Positions 1 to 9,613 of a stretch of DNA of 64,000 bases are shown here, piece after piece. A model generated the notes under the pieces. That model saw only the letters and a list, made by a program, of their open reading frames with translations. It searched no databases and had not been told where the DNA came from. Position 1 is the stretch's first letter. Each line of letters begins with the position of its first letter. The position numbers and the translations under genes were made by a program. Source of the DNA: a virus (taxonomy: Duplodnaviria > Caudoviricetes); IMG/VR virus record IMGVR_UViG_3300021960_000017; one strand, given 5' to 3'.

Positions 1-912
1 GAAGTTGCAGAGCAAAGACTCTGGGACATTATGGTACACAACATACAGGGCATAGAAAACTTAGTTAAATACGTGGGGAGTTTACCTGATGACTTACGAA
101 TGGTCCGCATTGGAAGTAATATCCTTCCTGCTTATACTGAGCCTAACTGGAGTTACTATTGGAAAGAACCTAGCGTTCAAAGGTATTGTGAGCGAGTATT
201 TGCAAAAGTTGGTGATGTTGCAAGGGCTCTTGATGTACGCCTGTCTATGCATCCTGGTCAGTTCACTGTTCTGGCAAGCGATAATCCTGATATTGTAGAG
301 CGTAGTCTAGAAGAGTTTGAATACCATACTGATATGATCAGATGGATGGGATATGGCAAACAGTTTCAGGACTTTAAATGTAATGTACATATCAGTGGCA
401 AACAGGGCCCAGCAGGCATTAAAGCAATACTACCAAAACTTAGCCCAGAAGCAAGAAACACAATCACTATAGAAAACGATGAAATGTCCTGGGGACTGGA
501 TGCAAGTCTAGAACTGGAACAGGATGTTGCACTAGTGTGTGACATTCATCATCACTGGGTAGCAACAGGAGAATATATTAATGCTAATGATGACAGGATT
601 AAGCGCATTCGCGACAGTTGGCGTGGTGTGCGTCCTGTTATTCATTTCAGTGTATCACGAGAAGATGTATTGGTTGGCTTCCCTCAGAATGTGCTTCCTA
701 GAATGCACGATCTATTAGAAATCGGTCACAAAAAAGCAAAACTTAGAGCACACTCGGATTACTATTGGAATCACAAGGTTAACAAGTGGGCCTGGAGTTT
801 TAAAGACGACTTTGATATTATGTGCGAAGCAAAGTGTAAGCAGGTTGCTAGTATTGACTTTTACAATCAGATGACAGGAAGTAATGTCAGTCCTTACCTA
901 GCAGATAAATAA
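1..912 (+). CDS. uvsE: UV damage endonuclease (UvsE/UvdE), 5' end probably outside window
   Basis: RLSMHPGQFTVL, ENDE, DIHHH, RAHSD and MCEAKCK motifs; frame is open back to base 1. Confidence 0.9.
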   Translation, partial: EVAEQRLWDIMVHNIQGIENLVKYVGSLPDDLRMVRIGSNILPAYTEPNWSYYWKEPSVQRYCERVFAKVGDVARALDVRLSMHPGQFTVLASDNPDIVERSLEEFEYHTDMIRWMGYGKQFQDFKCNVHISGKQGPAGIKAILPKLSPEARNTITIENDEMSWGLDASLELEQDVALVCDIHHHWVATGEYINANDDRIKRIRDSWRGVRPVIHFSVSREDVLVGFPQNVLPRMHDLLEIGHKKAKLRAHSDYYWNHKVNKWAWSFKDDFDIMCEAKCKQVASIDFYNQMTGSNVSPYLADK

Positions 913-982
913 ATTTAGCAACGCCGGTATAATCCGACGTCAGACCAAATGGACGCTATGGTAACTTCCATTTATCAATGAT

Positions 983-1011
983 TTGACATTGAAACGCCCT
1001 CTGTATATAAT
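983..1011 (+). promoter_or_regulatory. sigma70-type promoter for the tctA operon
   Basis: TTGACA-17-TATAAT. Confidence 0.7.
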
Positions 1012-1047
1012 TTATATTATTAGCACCCAACTGTTATAGGTTTAATT

Positions 1048-2379
1048 ATGTTAGAACTATCATATGTTGTTCTTAGCGGTATTTTTGTGGGTTTGGTTGC
1101 AGGGCTATTGCCAGGTCTTGGCTCAACGGCAATATTACTATTGGCTCTGCCAGTTCTCTATACGCTTCCGCCAGAACTTTGTATAATCTACTATGCAGTA
1201 GCAATACAAAGTTCACAGTTTAGTGGAAGTGTGAGTGCAATTAATTTTGGAATGATGGGAGAACTTACTAGTTATCCTGCCCTTATGGAAAGGCAAAGCA
1301 TTCTTAAAAACAATCTACAAAAAACTGCATTACGGTTTACTGCACTGGGAAGTGCTATAGCCTGTATTATTCCTGCCTTAAGTTTGTACTGGTTACTGGA
1401 ATGGTTTAAAGACCAGCATACTATTATGCGTACAGACTTTATATTCGGTATAACACTTGTTATAATATTATTTTGTTTACTTTATAAAAGCAACAAGAAA
1501 ATAGTAAATGCTATATTAATTTTACTTGGTATTATTATATCTCAAGTAGGTTTAAGAAATCAAGGAGCGGCAGAAAGAGAATTCCTAACATTTGGACAAC
1601 CATGGTTATATGGTGGTATCCCAATGATAAGTGTACTTGCAGGACTAATTGCGGTGCCTTTAGTAATTAGGTATATCACCTGGAAAGAAAATAACGATGT
1701 AATTGGCATAAGCAAAGTAACAGAAACTGCTCCTAGATTTCCGTTTGCAAGTGTTTTACGCGGAGGTATCCTAGGATTGTTTACTGGTTTACTTCCTGCT
1801 ATAGGCACACAAATCGGTAGTAACCTAGCATGGTATGTAGAAAAAAAACTAAAGCCAAGCAATAGTAATCAACATGTCATGGCTAGATTAGTTGCTGCTG
1901 AAACTGCAAATAATGGTAGTCAGATCACTGTTTTGGTTCCTTTGCTTATAATAGGTATTGCTATTGTTCCAAGTGAAATGCTCTTGTTAAGCATACTGGA
2001 AACAAAATTTTGGATGCCTGGCCAGAACACATTTGATATATTAGGGTTGAACTTTTACCAACTAATAATACTTTCATTAATAACTGCAAGTATTGTCTCA
2101 TATCTTAGTTGTTATACTTTTCTATCCTTAATCTATCGTTTCTTAAAAAATAATCTTATATTATTAAACCGATTAACATTAATAATAATGACCGTGGCAG
2201 TCGTATATTCAGGAAGTCTTGTAGAAGCAAGAATGTTTTTTCTTGCTACATTTATGGCTTTTGCTGGATTGGCTATATGGTTAAAAAATGTAGACTTTAT
2301 TCCTTTTGTTGCTGGATATTTTATTGGAGATATCTTTATTGACAGTTGGGTAATATTAAGTTACATTTATAGTAATTAA
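1048..2379 (+). CDS. tctA: Tripartite tricarboxylate transporter large permease (TctA family), divergent
   Basis: Multi-TM; duplicated GLLPGLG / GLLPAIG motif, AAETANN, PFVAGYFIG. Confidence 0.8.
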   Translation: MLELSYVVLSGIFVGLVAGLLPGLGSTAILLLALPVLYTLPPELCIIYYAVAIQSSQFSGSVSAINFGMMGELTSYPALMERQSILKNNLQKTALRFTALGSAIACIIPALSLYWLLEWFKDQHTIMRTDFIFGITLVIILFCLLYKSNKKIVNAILILLGIIISQVGLRNQGAAEREFLTFGQPWLYGGIPMISVLAGLIAVPLVIRYITWKENNDVIGISKVTETAPRFPFASVLRGGILGLFTGLLPAIGTQIGSNLAWYVEKKLKPSNSNQHVMARLVAAETANNGSQITVLVPLLIIGIAIVPSEMLLLSILETKFWMPGQNTFDILGLNFYQLIILSLITASIVSYLSCYTFLSLIYRFLKNNLILLNRLTLIIMTVAVVYSGSLVEARMFFLATFMAFAGLAIWLKNVDFIPFVAGYFIGDIFIDSWVILSYIYSN

Positions 2380-2397
2380 ACATTTAAGGAGTAACAT

Positions 2398-3258
2398 ATG
2401 TTTAATAAAATTATGACTGGAGCTCTAGTCATTTTAGGCTTATCACTTGGAAACGCAAGTGCTAGCGAAACAATCAACTTCTTTGTTGGACATGGCAATG
2501 GTGGTTTGTCTAGTGCATTTCAAACCAAAGTAGCTACAGGTTTAAAAGACAAGGGTTGGAATATTAATTTTAAAATCATTGGTAACTGCGGGAAAGTAAA
2601 AGCGGACCTTGATAGTTCAAACGAGCCAATGATTGCTGGCTGGGGTGCTGATTGGAATGCAGACAGTAAAAATGTTTGCTATAACCCACCATCAGCTGAT
2701 GCTTTTGTTGATGTGTTTGTTATTAGTCCACGCCTATTATGTGGGCCATTAGGCGACGCAAACTTCAAACTCGAAAAAGGTAAGAAGTATGTAGTAGGTG
2801 TTAATGAAGGACAGAATCACCAAGTATTACTAAACGATTTAGGTGCGAAGTTAGGTATAACTTTTAAAGTAGTTGAATATAGGAATTCAGGATTTATTAA
2901 ACGTGCGATGCAGGCAAAAGAAATTGATGCATGGTATACTACAAAAGGTCTAGTTGAACATCAATCCGGACAACAGAAATGTTTGTATGGTACTCTAACT
3001 ACACCACTAGATGGTATTACTCCATTAAATACTGTACTTAATACAGACAATGTTTACTCAAGTTTCGTAGGATATCTTATCACTAATAATAAGTTTAGTG
3101 CAGATACCCGCAAGAAACTAGTAGCAGACATTAATGACATTATCAAAAGTGCTGAGTACAGAAGTGCACTAAAGTCCACTGGTAGTTATGTAACTGACGA
3201 TAACAGTGAAGCACAGGTAGACTATGTAAAGGCTACAGCCAAGGCTTTTGCAAAGTAA
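2398..3258 (+). CDS. Periplasmic substrate-binding protein, TctC/Bug-like (divergent)
   Basis: Signal peptide, early GxGNGGxS segment, position after tctA; strong SD AAGGAG. Confidence 0.55.
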   Translation: MFNKIMTGALVILGLSLGNASASETINFFVGHGNGGLSSAFQTKVATGLKDKGWNINFKIIGNCGKVKADLDSSNEPMIAGWGADWNADSKNVCYNPPSADAFVDVFVISPRLLCGPLGDANFKLEKGKKYVVGVNEGQNHQVLLNDLGAKLGITFKVVEYRNSGFIKRAMQAKEIDAWYTTKGLVEHQSGQQKCLYGTLTTPLDGITPLNTVLNTDNVYSSFVGYLITNNKFSADTRKKLVADINDIIKSAEYRSALKSTGSYVTDDNSEAQVDYVKATAKAFAK

Positions 3259-3260
3259 GC

Positions 3261-3923
3261 ATGAAGTTTTTAGATTACGGTGATCAAGGCCTACTGGTAG
3301 ACTTTGGAGACACAGTCTCCCAAGAGTTAAACCAGGAAATCCTTGATTACTGTAATTTACTCAGGGAAAAAAACTTTCCTGAGATAGCATATGTTATACC
3401 TACTTATAACAAACTTACAGTATATTTTAAATCACCACTAAGCGATCAAAATCCTGTTAGAAACTTTTTAAGTTCTAAAAATATAAGCCTAGTTAGCGGT
3501 AAATCTAAAACAATCGAAATACCTGCATGTTTTGAACCCGAGTTTGGGTTAGATATACAACGGATAGCAGATTACTGTAACGTTACTTCCCATAAATTGA
3601 TAGACCAATTTTGCAGCAAGCCATATTATGTATATGGTTATGGGTTTTTGCCAGGCATGCCAAAATATGGTGACACAGATTTTATAGCACCCAAAAGATT
3701 AGATAAGCCCAGGGAAAATGTGCCCAAAGGTAGTATAGGTAGTGTAGAAAAATATTGTAGTGTTTACACTGAACAGATTTCTGGGGGGTGGAATATTATT
3801 GGCAGAACACCTGTGAAATTTTTTAACAAAGATAGTGAAAGCCCTTGTTTGGTAAATCCTGGAGATTTAATACAATATTTTCCTGTAACTTCCAAAGAAT
3901 ATAAAAATTATGCCAACAATTAA
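3261..3923 (+). CDS. pxpB: 5-oxoprolinase subunit B / allophanate hydrolase subunit 1 (KipI-like)
   Basis: YGDQGLLVDFG, IPTY, YGFLPGMP, RENVPKGSIG, GGWNIIGRTP, PGDLIQ. Confidence 0.9.
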   Translation: MKFLDYGDQGLLVDFGDTVSQELNQEILDYCNLLREKNFPEIAYVIPTYNKLTVYFKSPLSDQNPVRNFLSSKNISLVSGKSKTIEIPACFEPEFGLDIQRIADYCNVTSHKLIDQFCSKPYYVYGYGFLPGMPKYGDTDFIAPKRLDKPRENVPKGSIGSVEKYCSVYTEQISGGWNIIGRTPVKFFNKDSESPCLVNPGDLIQYFPVTSKEYKNYANN

Positions 3924-4815
3924 ATTTTTAAATGCAGGACTACATTGTAGTTTTCAGGATACTGGCAGACTAGGATATCAACATCTAGGTATTAGTCCCA
4001 GCGGATGTATTGATAATAAGATTTATAATTTAGTTGATACTGCATTAGATAACGCAGGCTGTGTTTTAGAGTTCGCTGAGATAGGGCCCAGTATACAAAT
4101 AATATCAGGTACTGTTGTAGTCTGTTTAATTGGAGACTTTAACTTTAATATTATTAAGCAAGGTAAAAATTATACTGGCGATATTTTTAAAATTTACCAC
4201 CTATACCCAGGAGATATATTAGAAGTAGGCAAAACTAAGGATTTAGTTTATGGTTATATAGGTTTCAAAAATAGTCCTGGTCATACTCCTAGTTTTGGCA
4301 GTTATAGTATGAATAAGTATAATAAATTGGGATATAACAATGGAAACAATTTTAGTAAAGATGACATCTTATTTTTAAAACCAGCAAAAGATTTTGAAAT
4401 TCTTAATCATGAACAAGATATTAGCCTTAGTAGTACAGATATCTTTGTAACACCTGGACCACAATTTAATAAATTTACATTAACCCAAATAGATAAATTT
4501 TTTAGCAGTCAATATACAGTAACAAACAAACGTGACAGAATGGGCATGTGGTTAGATGGACCAAAACTAAAGTATCAGATAACCCAGGATTTAATGAGTG
4601 AAGGCATTGTTAGGGGAGCAATACAAATAACCCCAAGCGGTGATTGTGTTACTCTTTTAAGTCACCATGGTGTCACTGGAGGATATCCTAAAATTGCTAT
4701 TGTAAGTAACATTAGTTTTAGAAATTTAGCTCAATGTAAAGAAGGTACTGATATAAAATTTGTATTAATTGATGAAATAGAAAGTAGACGTTTATATGAA
4801 CTTACCAGTAGATGA
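3910..4815 (+). CDS. pxpC: 5-oxoprolinase subunit C / allophanate hydrolase subunit 2 (KipA-like)
   Basis: SFQDTGRLGYQHLGISPSG, TPGPQ, DRMG, GAIQI, TGGYPKIA. Confidence 0.9.
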   Translation: MPTIKFLNAGLHCSFQDTGRLGYQHLGISPSGCIDNKIYNLVDTALDNAGCVLEFAEIGPSIQIISGTVVVCLIGDFNFNIIKQGKNYTGDIFKIYHLYPGDILEVGKTKDLVYGYIGFKNSPGHTPSFGSYSMNKYNKLGYNNGNNFSKDDILFLKPAKDFEILNHEQDISLSSTDIFVTPGPQFNKFTLTQIDKFFSSQYTVTNKRDRMGMWLDGPKLKYQITQDLMSEGIVRGAIQITPSGDCVTLLSHHGVTGGYPKIAIVSNISFRNLAQCKEGTDIKFVLIDEIESRRLYELTSR

Positions 4816-6040
4816 TCTTTATAAAATACCAGCTTTTGTCAGAAAGTTTGGTGTTTATAAACATAAAGACAAGTATTATACTAATAAGTATAGAGCATTA
4901 AAAGCTGCTGGTACTGATTATGTCCAGTGGATATTTAACGATGATGTTTACGCAAAATACGATTTTACAAAAGAACCAAGTGAAGACATATATAGTCTAT
5001 ATGCTAAAAGAGCTTGGCAAATCAGAGAAAAATTTGATAAAGTTGTTATTTATTTTAGTGGCGGTATAGATAGCACCTGTGTTCTAAGAACATTTGTAGA
5101 CAATAATATTCCTATTGATGCAGTAGTAGTGTGTGGCGCATGGTCAGGCGGCAAACACTCCGATATCAATACAGCCGAACAAACTAAAGTTGCCATACCC
5201 TATTTAAAAATGATAGAGCGGGAACGCAATATAAAACTTAATGTTCACTTTTTAGATGTAGTAAATGCTCATAGACATTATAATGAAGATTGGATTTATT
5301 CTAATAGTTATAACCTTGTACCAGCATGCATAGCTTATAACTATTATGATCAGGATCCCTTTTTACAAAATATAATGATGCAAGGCAATGCATGTACAGT
5401 ACGTGGAGTAGATAAACCACGTATTATATGTGAAGATGGCAAATGGTATCTAGCGTTTTTAGATGTTACCCTTGGCGGCGTTACTTCATATAGTAACTAC
5501 GAGGAAAAGCCTATACACTTAACTGATGAATTTTTTTATTGGTCACCTGATTTAGTAGAGTTAGTAATTAAACAAGCCCACGTTATAGTTGGTGAATTTG
5601 AGAGAAGATTTAGTAAAGAGGAATGTGAAACTAAGTTTACTAAATTGTCTAAATTTGACAAAATTGGATACGGTAATTTAGTAGAACCTATTGTATATGG
5701 CAGGTATGTAAGGCAAGCAATAGGTGCAGATAGGCCCTATTTTAGTCTTACTCCGCCGTATAGTAGTGTATACAATCCAAAATCCTGGTGGTTTTTCAAT
5801 GCTAAAGATGAGTTTAAAAAAGATGTGAGTTTATTTGTTGAGGGTATCAGTAATCTAACTAATATAATTGACCCAATGCATTTTAATAAAGTTCCTAATG
5901 ATAAAAAATTTAATACATGGATAAAAAATGCACCAATAGATAAATTTATTATCCCAGAAATAGGAAGCAATAGCCCTCTTTTTGGAACTGTTGGCTGTTG
6001 GAGCCCCTGGTACCATATTAAAGATTATGAATCACAATAA
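4796..6040 (+). CDS. PP-loop adenine nucleotide alpha-hydrolase (asparagine synthase-like) protein
   Basis: YFSGGIDS PP-loop; overlaps the pxpC stop. Confidence 0.6.
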   Translation: MNLPVDDLYKIPAFVRKFGVYKHKDKYYTNKYRALKAAGTDYVQWIFNDDVYAKYDFTKEPSEDIYSLYAKRAWQIREKFDKVVIYFSGGIDSTCVLRTFVDNNIPIDAVVVCGAWSGGKHSDINTAEQTKVAIPYLKMIERERNIKLNVHFLDVVNAHRHYNEDWIYSNSYNLVPACIAYNYYDQDPFLQNIMMQGNACTVRGVDKPRIICEDGKWYLAFLDVTLGGVTSYSNYEEKPIHLTDEFFYWSPDLVELVIKQAHVIVGEFERRFSKEECETKFTKLSKFDKIGYGNLVEPIVYGRYVRQAIGADRPYFSLTPPYSSVYNPKSWWFFNAKDEFKKDVSLFVEGISNLTNIIDPMHFNKVPNDKKFNTWIKNAPIDKFIIPEIGSNSPLFGTVGCWSPWYHIKDYESQ

Positions 6041-7102
6041 ACTTATTTGAATTTTGTTGAAGTCGGAGTCGCTCCAACGATAAGGATATTCGCAAGTTTG
6101 ATCTGAAGTTTGTATTCTATATACATCTAGGTGACGAGTTAGTATATTCTGAACTGTCTCTGAGTCTTTTGTCTCAAAACTCTTATTAAGATCTACTTGG
6201 GCTACTAATGGGTGCCCAATAGTTAAACTTGGATCTTTTGGATCCCATCCATGTTTTTTTAACCATTCTTTAAACTGATCTATACGTTCGTGTCTAGATG
6301 GCAAATCCTTTATAGATTTACTCCAACTAATGTCAAAGTCTGCAGCGGCTTCTATTTGCGGCCTAAGTGCAGTAGTTATAAGATCATCTATGTCTGCGTC
6401 GTTTTCATCATTAAACACTTCCCAGTGTGTCTTACTAACTGACTTGTTTACCCCTATATATACTTCACCTAAGTCCCTGTGTAAGGCATCTACACCAAAT
6501 AAATCATAGTCTTTTTCTGGATCTAATTTAAATCTAGGTGTATTCAAAAAGCAAAAAAGTTGATTATACTGTGCCCATTCAGGGACAGATAACCTTTTCC
6601 TTTCTGATAATGCAAAACTTTCTAGTTCATGACACAATAAATTTAACCGTCTAATACAATGTTTAATTGCTGGACTTGCTACATTATAGTAACTACTAAT
6701 ACTTCCGCTATGTCCTTGCAAGTCTTCAAAATATCTGTGCAGCCAATTAGTCTTATCGTGTATTAATCTATATCCGGGTTTTCCTGGTCCTACTTCCCCT
6801 GATGTAACTACATTATCAGTTGTAAACTCATCATTAATAACGTATGGCGTTATTCCAGGCCATTCATAGCAGTTAATTTGTGAAATACAATCATTGATTT
6901 CTTTGCAAATATATTCTAGGTTACGTTCTGTAAATCCCATCCAGTGATAGTTCTTTTCCAAGTGATAACCATTTTTTAATGTTGTATTTAAATTTGTAAG
7001 CCACTTATGACTAAGCGAGTTGTCCACCACATTAATGTATACTGGGCATAACTCTCCAGTTTTACTTCTTAGTGTAACTATAATTTGATCTAGTGTCTTC
7101 AT
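6032..7102 (-). CDS. Hypothetical protein
   Basis: 356-aa ORF, no recognisable motif. Confidence 0.75.
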   Translation of the reverse strand: MKTLDQIIVTLRSKTGELCPVYINVVDNSLSHKWLTNLNTTLKNGYHLEKNYHWMGFTERNLEYICKEINDCISQINCYEWPGITPYVINDEFTTDNVVTSGEVGPGKPGYRLIHDKTNWLHRYFEDLQGHSGSISSYYNVASPAIKHCIRRLNLLCHELESFALSERKRLSVPEWAQYNQLFCFLNTPRFKLDPEKDYDLFGVDALHRDLGEVYIGVNKSVSKTHWEVFNDENDADIDDLITTALRPQIEAAADFDISWSKSIKDLPSRHERIDQFKEWLKKHGWDPKDPSLTIGHPLVAQVDLNKSFETKDSETVQNILTRHLDVYRIQTSDQTCEYPYRWSDSDFNKIQISLL

Positions 7103-7104
7103 TC

Positions 7105-7132
7105 AAAAAAAAGGGTGACATAAAGTCACCCC
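7105..7132 (-). terminator. Rho-independent terminator
   Basis: GGGTGAC-TTTAT-GTCACCC stem-loop followed by T8 on the minus strand. Confidence 0.8.
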
Positions 7133-7262
7133 TCCTAATTTGTACTGCTTCCAGTTTTTATGATATGGGATAATTTCGCCATATGACAGTGGTTTATCCG
7201 GCACTGCCTCCAAACGTTTCATCGTTTCTTACTGTCTCTGATCCTCTAGGAAGTATAATTAT

Positions 7263-7550
7263 TTACTTCTTGGATCCAGTCTGGTTAACAAAATCATAAA
7301 ACTTTTCTGCTGCTTCAAGAATCTTCTCTGCACCTGGAACTTCAGGGGCTTCAAACTTTGTTACAACTTCGCCGTCTTGCTTCTCTACTGAAAGTGACCA
7401 AGCACCAAATCTTGAATGGTAATCATTCCAAACATGGTCCTTTGCCATTTCAAGAATCTTTGTACGAATCTCGTAACCATTCTTGTTAAAATTAACTTGG
7501 GGCATAAAGGCTTTCGCAGCCTGTGTAAACTCTTCTGGTGTTTTAAACAT
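7263..7550 (-). CDS. Hypothetical protein (start MFKTPEEF)
   Basis: ORF track; SD-like ACGGAG before the ATG at 7550. Confidence 0.7.
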   Translation of the reverse strand: MFKTPEEFTQAAKAFMPQVNFNKNGYEIRTKILEMAKDHVWNDYHSRFGAWSLSVEKQDGEVVTKFEAPEVPGAEKILEAAEKFYDFVNQTGSKK

Positions 7551-7610
7551 TTTTTTTCTCCGTCTGTTAGTGTGTGTTATGTTGCATCGCAACATATTAT
7601 TTATCTACAA

Positions 7611-7686
7611 TGGTGGAGATGAGGAGGATCGAACTCCTGACCTTCGGAATGCAAATCCGACGCTCTCCCAGCTGAGCTACATCCCC
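7611..7686 (-). tRNA. tRNA-Ala(UGC)
   Basis: GGGGATG acceptor, TCGGA-TTTGCAT-TCCGA anticodon arm, GTTCGA T-loop, CCA end. Confidence 0.95.
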
Positions 7687-7750
7687 ATTGTCCTTGTATT
7701 ATATGACAGAATTATTTATAATGCAATAAATTTATTTTTCACATTTTTGG

Positions 7751-7778
7751 TTGACTACCCGTATATCTGTGTTAATAT
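7751..7778 (+). promoter_or_regulatory. Early sigma70-type promoter
   Basis: TTGACT-16-TAATAT with TGT just upstream of the -10. Confidence 0.6.
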
Positions 7779-7808
7779 CATCATAGTTAAACAAACAGGA
7801 GCAAGCAC

Positions 7809-8147
7809 ATGGTAGGCATTTACAAAATCCACCAAATCGTGTTAGATGATGATCTTGTAGACCTCATTAATAAGGAAGGCTGGAAGTGTCATGTTAAGGC
7901 TCTTGCTTATATAGAAGCAATGGATAAAGGCGACGCCAAACTAGGTGTAATGCACGATTGCTACTCACATGTTGGAGATATTATTGCTGATGATTTAGAA
8001 CATGTGTTTGAAGTAGGCAATATTGGTCCTGAGGATAGGATCCAACGGCATGGTCGTATGCGTAGTGTAAGTGTTGGTGATATTGTTGAAGATCCCAATG
8101 GTGTTAAGCACGTAGTTGCCAAGTTTGGCTTTGAGGAGTTAGCATGA
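7809..8147 (+). CDS. Hypothetical protein, YodL-like motif
   Basis: RSVSVGDIV resembles the YodL signature. Confidence 0.5.
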   Translation: MVGIYKIHQIVLDDDLVDLINKEGWKCHVKALAYIEAMDKGDAKLGVMHDCYSHVGDIIADDLEHVFEVGNIGPEDRIQRHGRMRSVSVGDIVEDPNGVKHVVAKFGFEELA

Positions 8148-8245
8148 ACCTACTAAATGCTATAGTGCTCTATGGTTTAGGTTTGCAAAACATTGCTATT
8201 AATTATTCGCCAATAATTCAAACGTGGACTTAGAAAGGATTCGAT

Positions 8246-8497
8246 ATGGCTAGAACAGCAGGAAAAGACAAGCGTATTATGGATCTTAAGGCAAAAGCAC
8301 CTAAAGTTCCGCCTAATACATGTCCTTATATTAACTTTGTGCAAGAAATCATCGAAGATCATTTTAAGTATGATGATAGTGTGGATGAACACCGCAAGGC
8401 TACCTTGCTTGAAACTCTAGAGTATATTAGGAAAGCAAACGAAACTCTCAGAGACTCTTCACTTTATTGGTATCAACAGTACAAAAAAGTTGCATAA
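8246..8497 (+). CDS. Hypothetical protein
   Basis: ORF with SD AAAGGA. Confidence 0.7.
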   Translation: MARTAGKDKRIMDLKAKAPKVPPNTCPYINFVQEIIEDHFKYDDSVDEHRKATLLETLEYIRKANETLRDSSLYWYQQYKKVA

Positions 8498-8510
8498 ATT
8501 TGAAAAATGG

Positions 8511-8538
8511 TTGACTCCAGGTGTTTTTGTGCTATTAT
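8511..8538 (+). promoter_or_regulatory. Early sigma70-type promoter
   Basis: TTGACT-16-TATTAT, extended -10 TGC. Confidence 0.65.
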
Positions 8539-8571
8539 GATAATATGAAAACAAACACAAGGACCAAGCAA

Positions 8572-8913
8572 ATGAACAAGATTTATGCAGTTATCGAGGA
8601 CTTAGACAACAAGCGCAACGAGCTAGGCTTTGAAACTCGCTGGAGCATGTTCAACGAAGAGATTGTTAACCTCACAGATAAGGTTGTTGATGAAGAGCGT
8701 GAAACATATCGCATTACATATCGTGCATATGATGTGAACATGCAAGAATGCGAGTTCAGCCACTTCACACACGAAAACACTGTAGAAGGTTTTTGGAGAG
8801 CAGCAGAGTCAGTTTTCCAATCAGCCAAACGCCACTGTGGTGACTGGCATGTGTTTGTAGAAGGCTTCGAGCTGGTAGAAGACGGCAGCTTTAGAATGAT
8901 TGCTGGGTCCTAA
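8572..8913 (+). CDS. Hypothetical early protein (start MNKIY)
   Basis: AAGGACCA leader before the ATG at 8572. Confidence 0.7.
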   Translation: MNKIYAVIEDLDNKRNELGFETRWSMFNEEIVNLTDKVVDEERETYRITYRAYDVNMQECEFSHFTHENTVEGFWRAAESVFQSAKRHCGDWHVFVEGFELVEDGSFRMIAGS

Positions 8914-8923
8914 GGAGGACAGT

Positions 8924-9094
8924 ATGGAAATTGAAGTAGGTAGAGTTTGGCTAGTAGTTGATCGCAAGGACGGCAGCAACTACTTTGCAGAAGACGATGG
9001 CTCTCTGTCAGGTATGCTCAGTGCTACTGCTAAGAAAGCCAAAGGTGATAAACAAACCTGGGTAGATGAAGATAACTTCTATATCATGATGTAA
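8924..9094 (+). CDS. Hypothetical protein (start MEIEVG)
   Basis: SD AAGGAGG before the ATG. Confidence 0.6.
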   Translation: MEIEVGRVWLVVDRKDGSNYFAEDDGSLSGMLSATAKKAKGDKQTWVDEDNFYIMM

Positions 9095-9104
9095 GGATTG
9101 CGCT

Positions 9105-9335
9105 ATGAAAGTAGGCGACAAAATAGAACTCAAAGGCCGTAGCAAACACGGTAAAAACCGTATTCAAGCGTTTGGCTCTGAGTTTACAGTAGGTGAGATA
9201 CGTTCACGTATTCACACTATTACCCATAGACATATGCCAGGTCCGTTTGCGCTGGTGTTTAACTCTAAGGCTGACAGTATGCGTTGGATCGCTGTTGAGG
9301 ATGATCCTGATTTCGAGTTAGTTTCGGACAATTAA
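9105..9335 (+). CDS. Hypothetical protein
   Basis: ORF with SD AAGGA. Confidence 0.65.
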   Translation: MKVGDKIELKGRSKHGKNRIQAFGSEFTVGEIRSRIHTITHRHMPGPFALVFNSKADSMRWIAVEDDPDFELVSDN

Positions 9336-9346
9336 ACTAAATAGGG

Positions 9347-9559
9347 TTGTTGTTGCTAGGAGGTTGCGCCCAAATGTCTGTAAATTCAGTCGACTATGTC
9401 TATCTGACAGGATCCCGAGAATTATTAAACGAAGTAAAATACAAACAAGATTTAAGTTATCCCTGGGCCAGCCAGGATGTTGAGCATAATCGGCAAATTG
9501 TTAAAGAATATTTAGAATTTAGATACAAAACAGCGCAAGAAAAAATAGACAACGATTGA
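9347..9559 (+). CDS. Hypothetical small protein, start uncertain
   Basis: Fills the gap between flanking genes. Confidence 0.4.
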   Translation: MLLLGGCAQMSVNSVDYVYLTGSRELLNEVKYKQDLSYPWASQDVEHNRQIVKEYLEFRYKTAQEKIDND

Positions 9560-9583
9560 CTTTACTCCTTAACGTGCTATTAT
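9556..9583 (+). promoter_or_regulatory. Early sigma70-type promoter
   Basis: TTGACT-16-TATTAT, extended -10 TGC. Confidence 0.65.
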
Positions 9584-9613
9584 AGGCATATGATGAACGT
9601 TGAGGAGCGGATT

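Noticed and set aside
913-982. Intergenic stretch after uvsE as ncRNA or 10-codon ORF
   Set aside because: No convincing stem or SD
4796-7102. PxpA (LamB/YcsF) completing the 5-oxoprolinase
   Set aside because: Neither adjacent ORF shows the DLNxDxGE or related LamB/YcsF motifs
7416-7815. Plus-strand ORFs 7416..7622 and 7483..7815
   Set aside because: Antisense to a real gene and to tRNA-Ala
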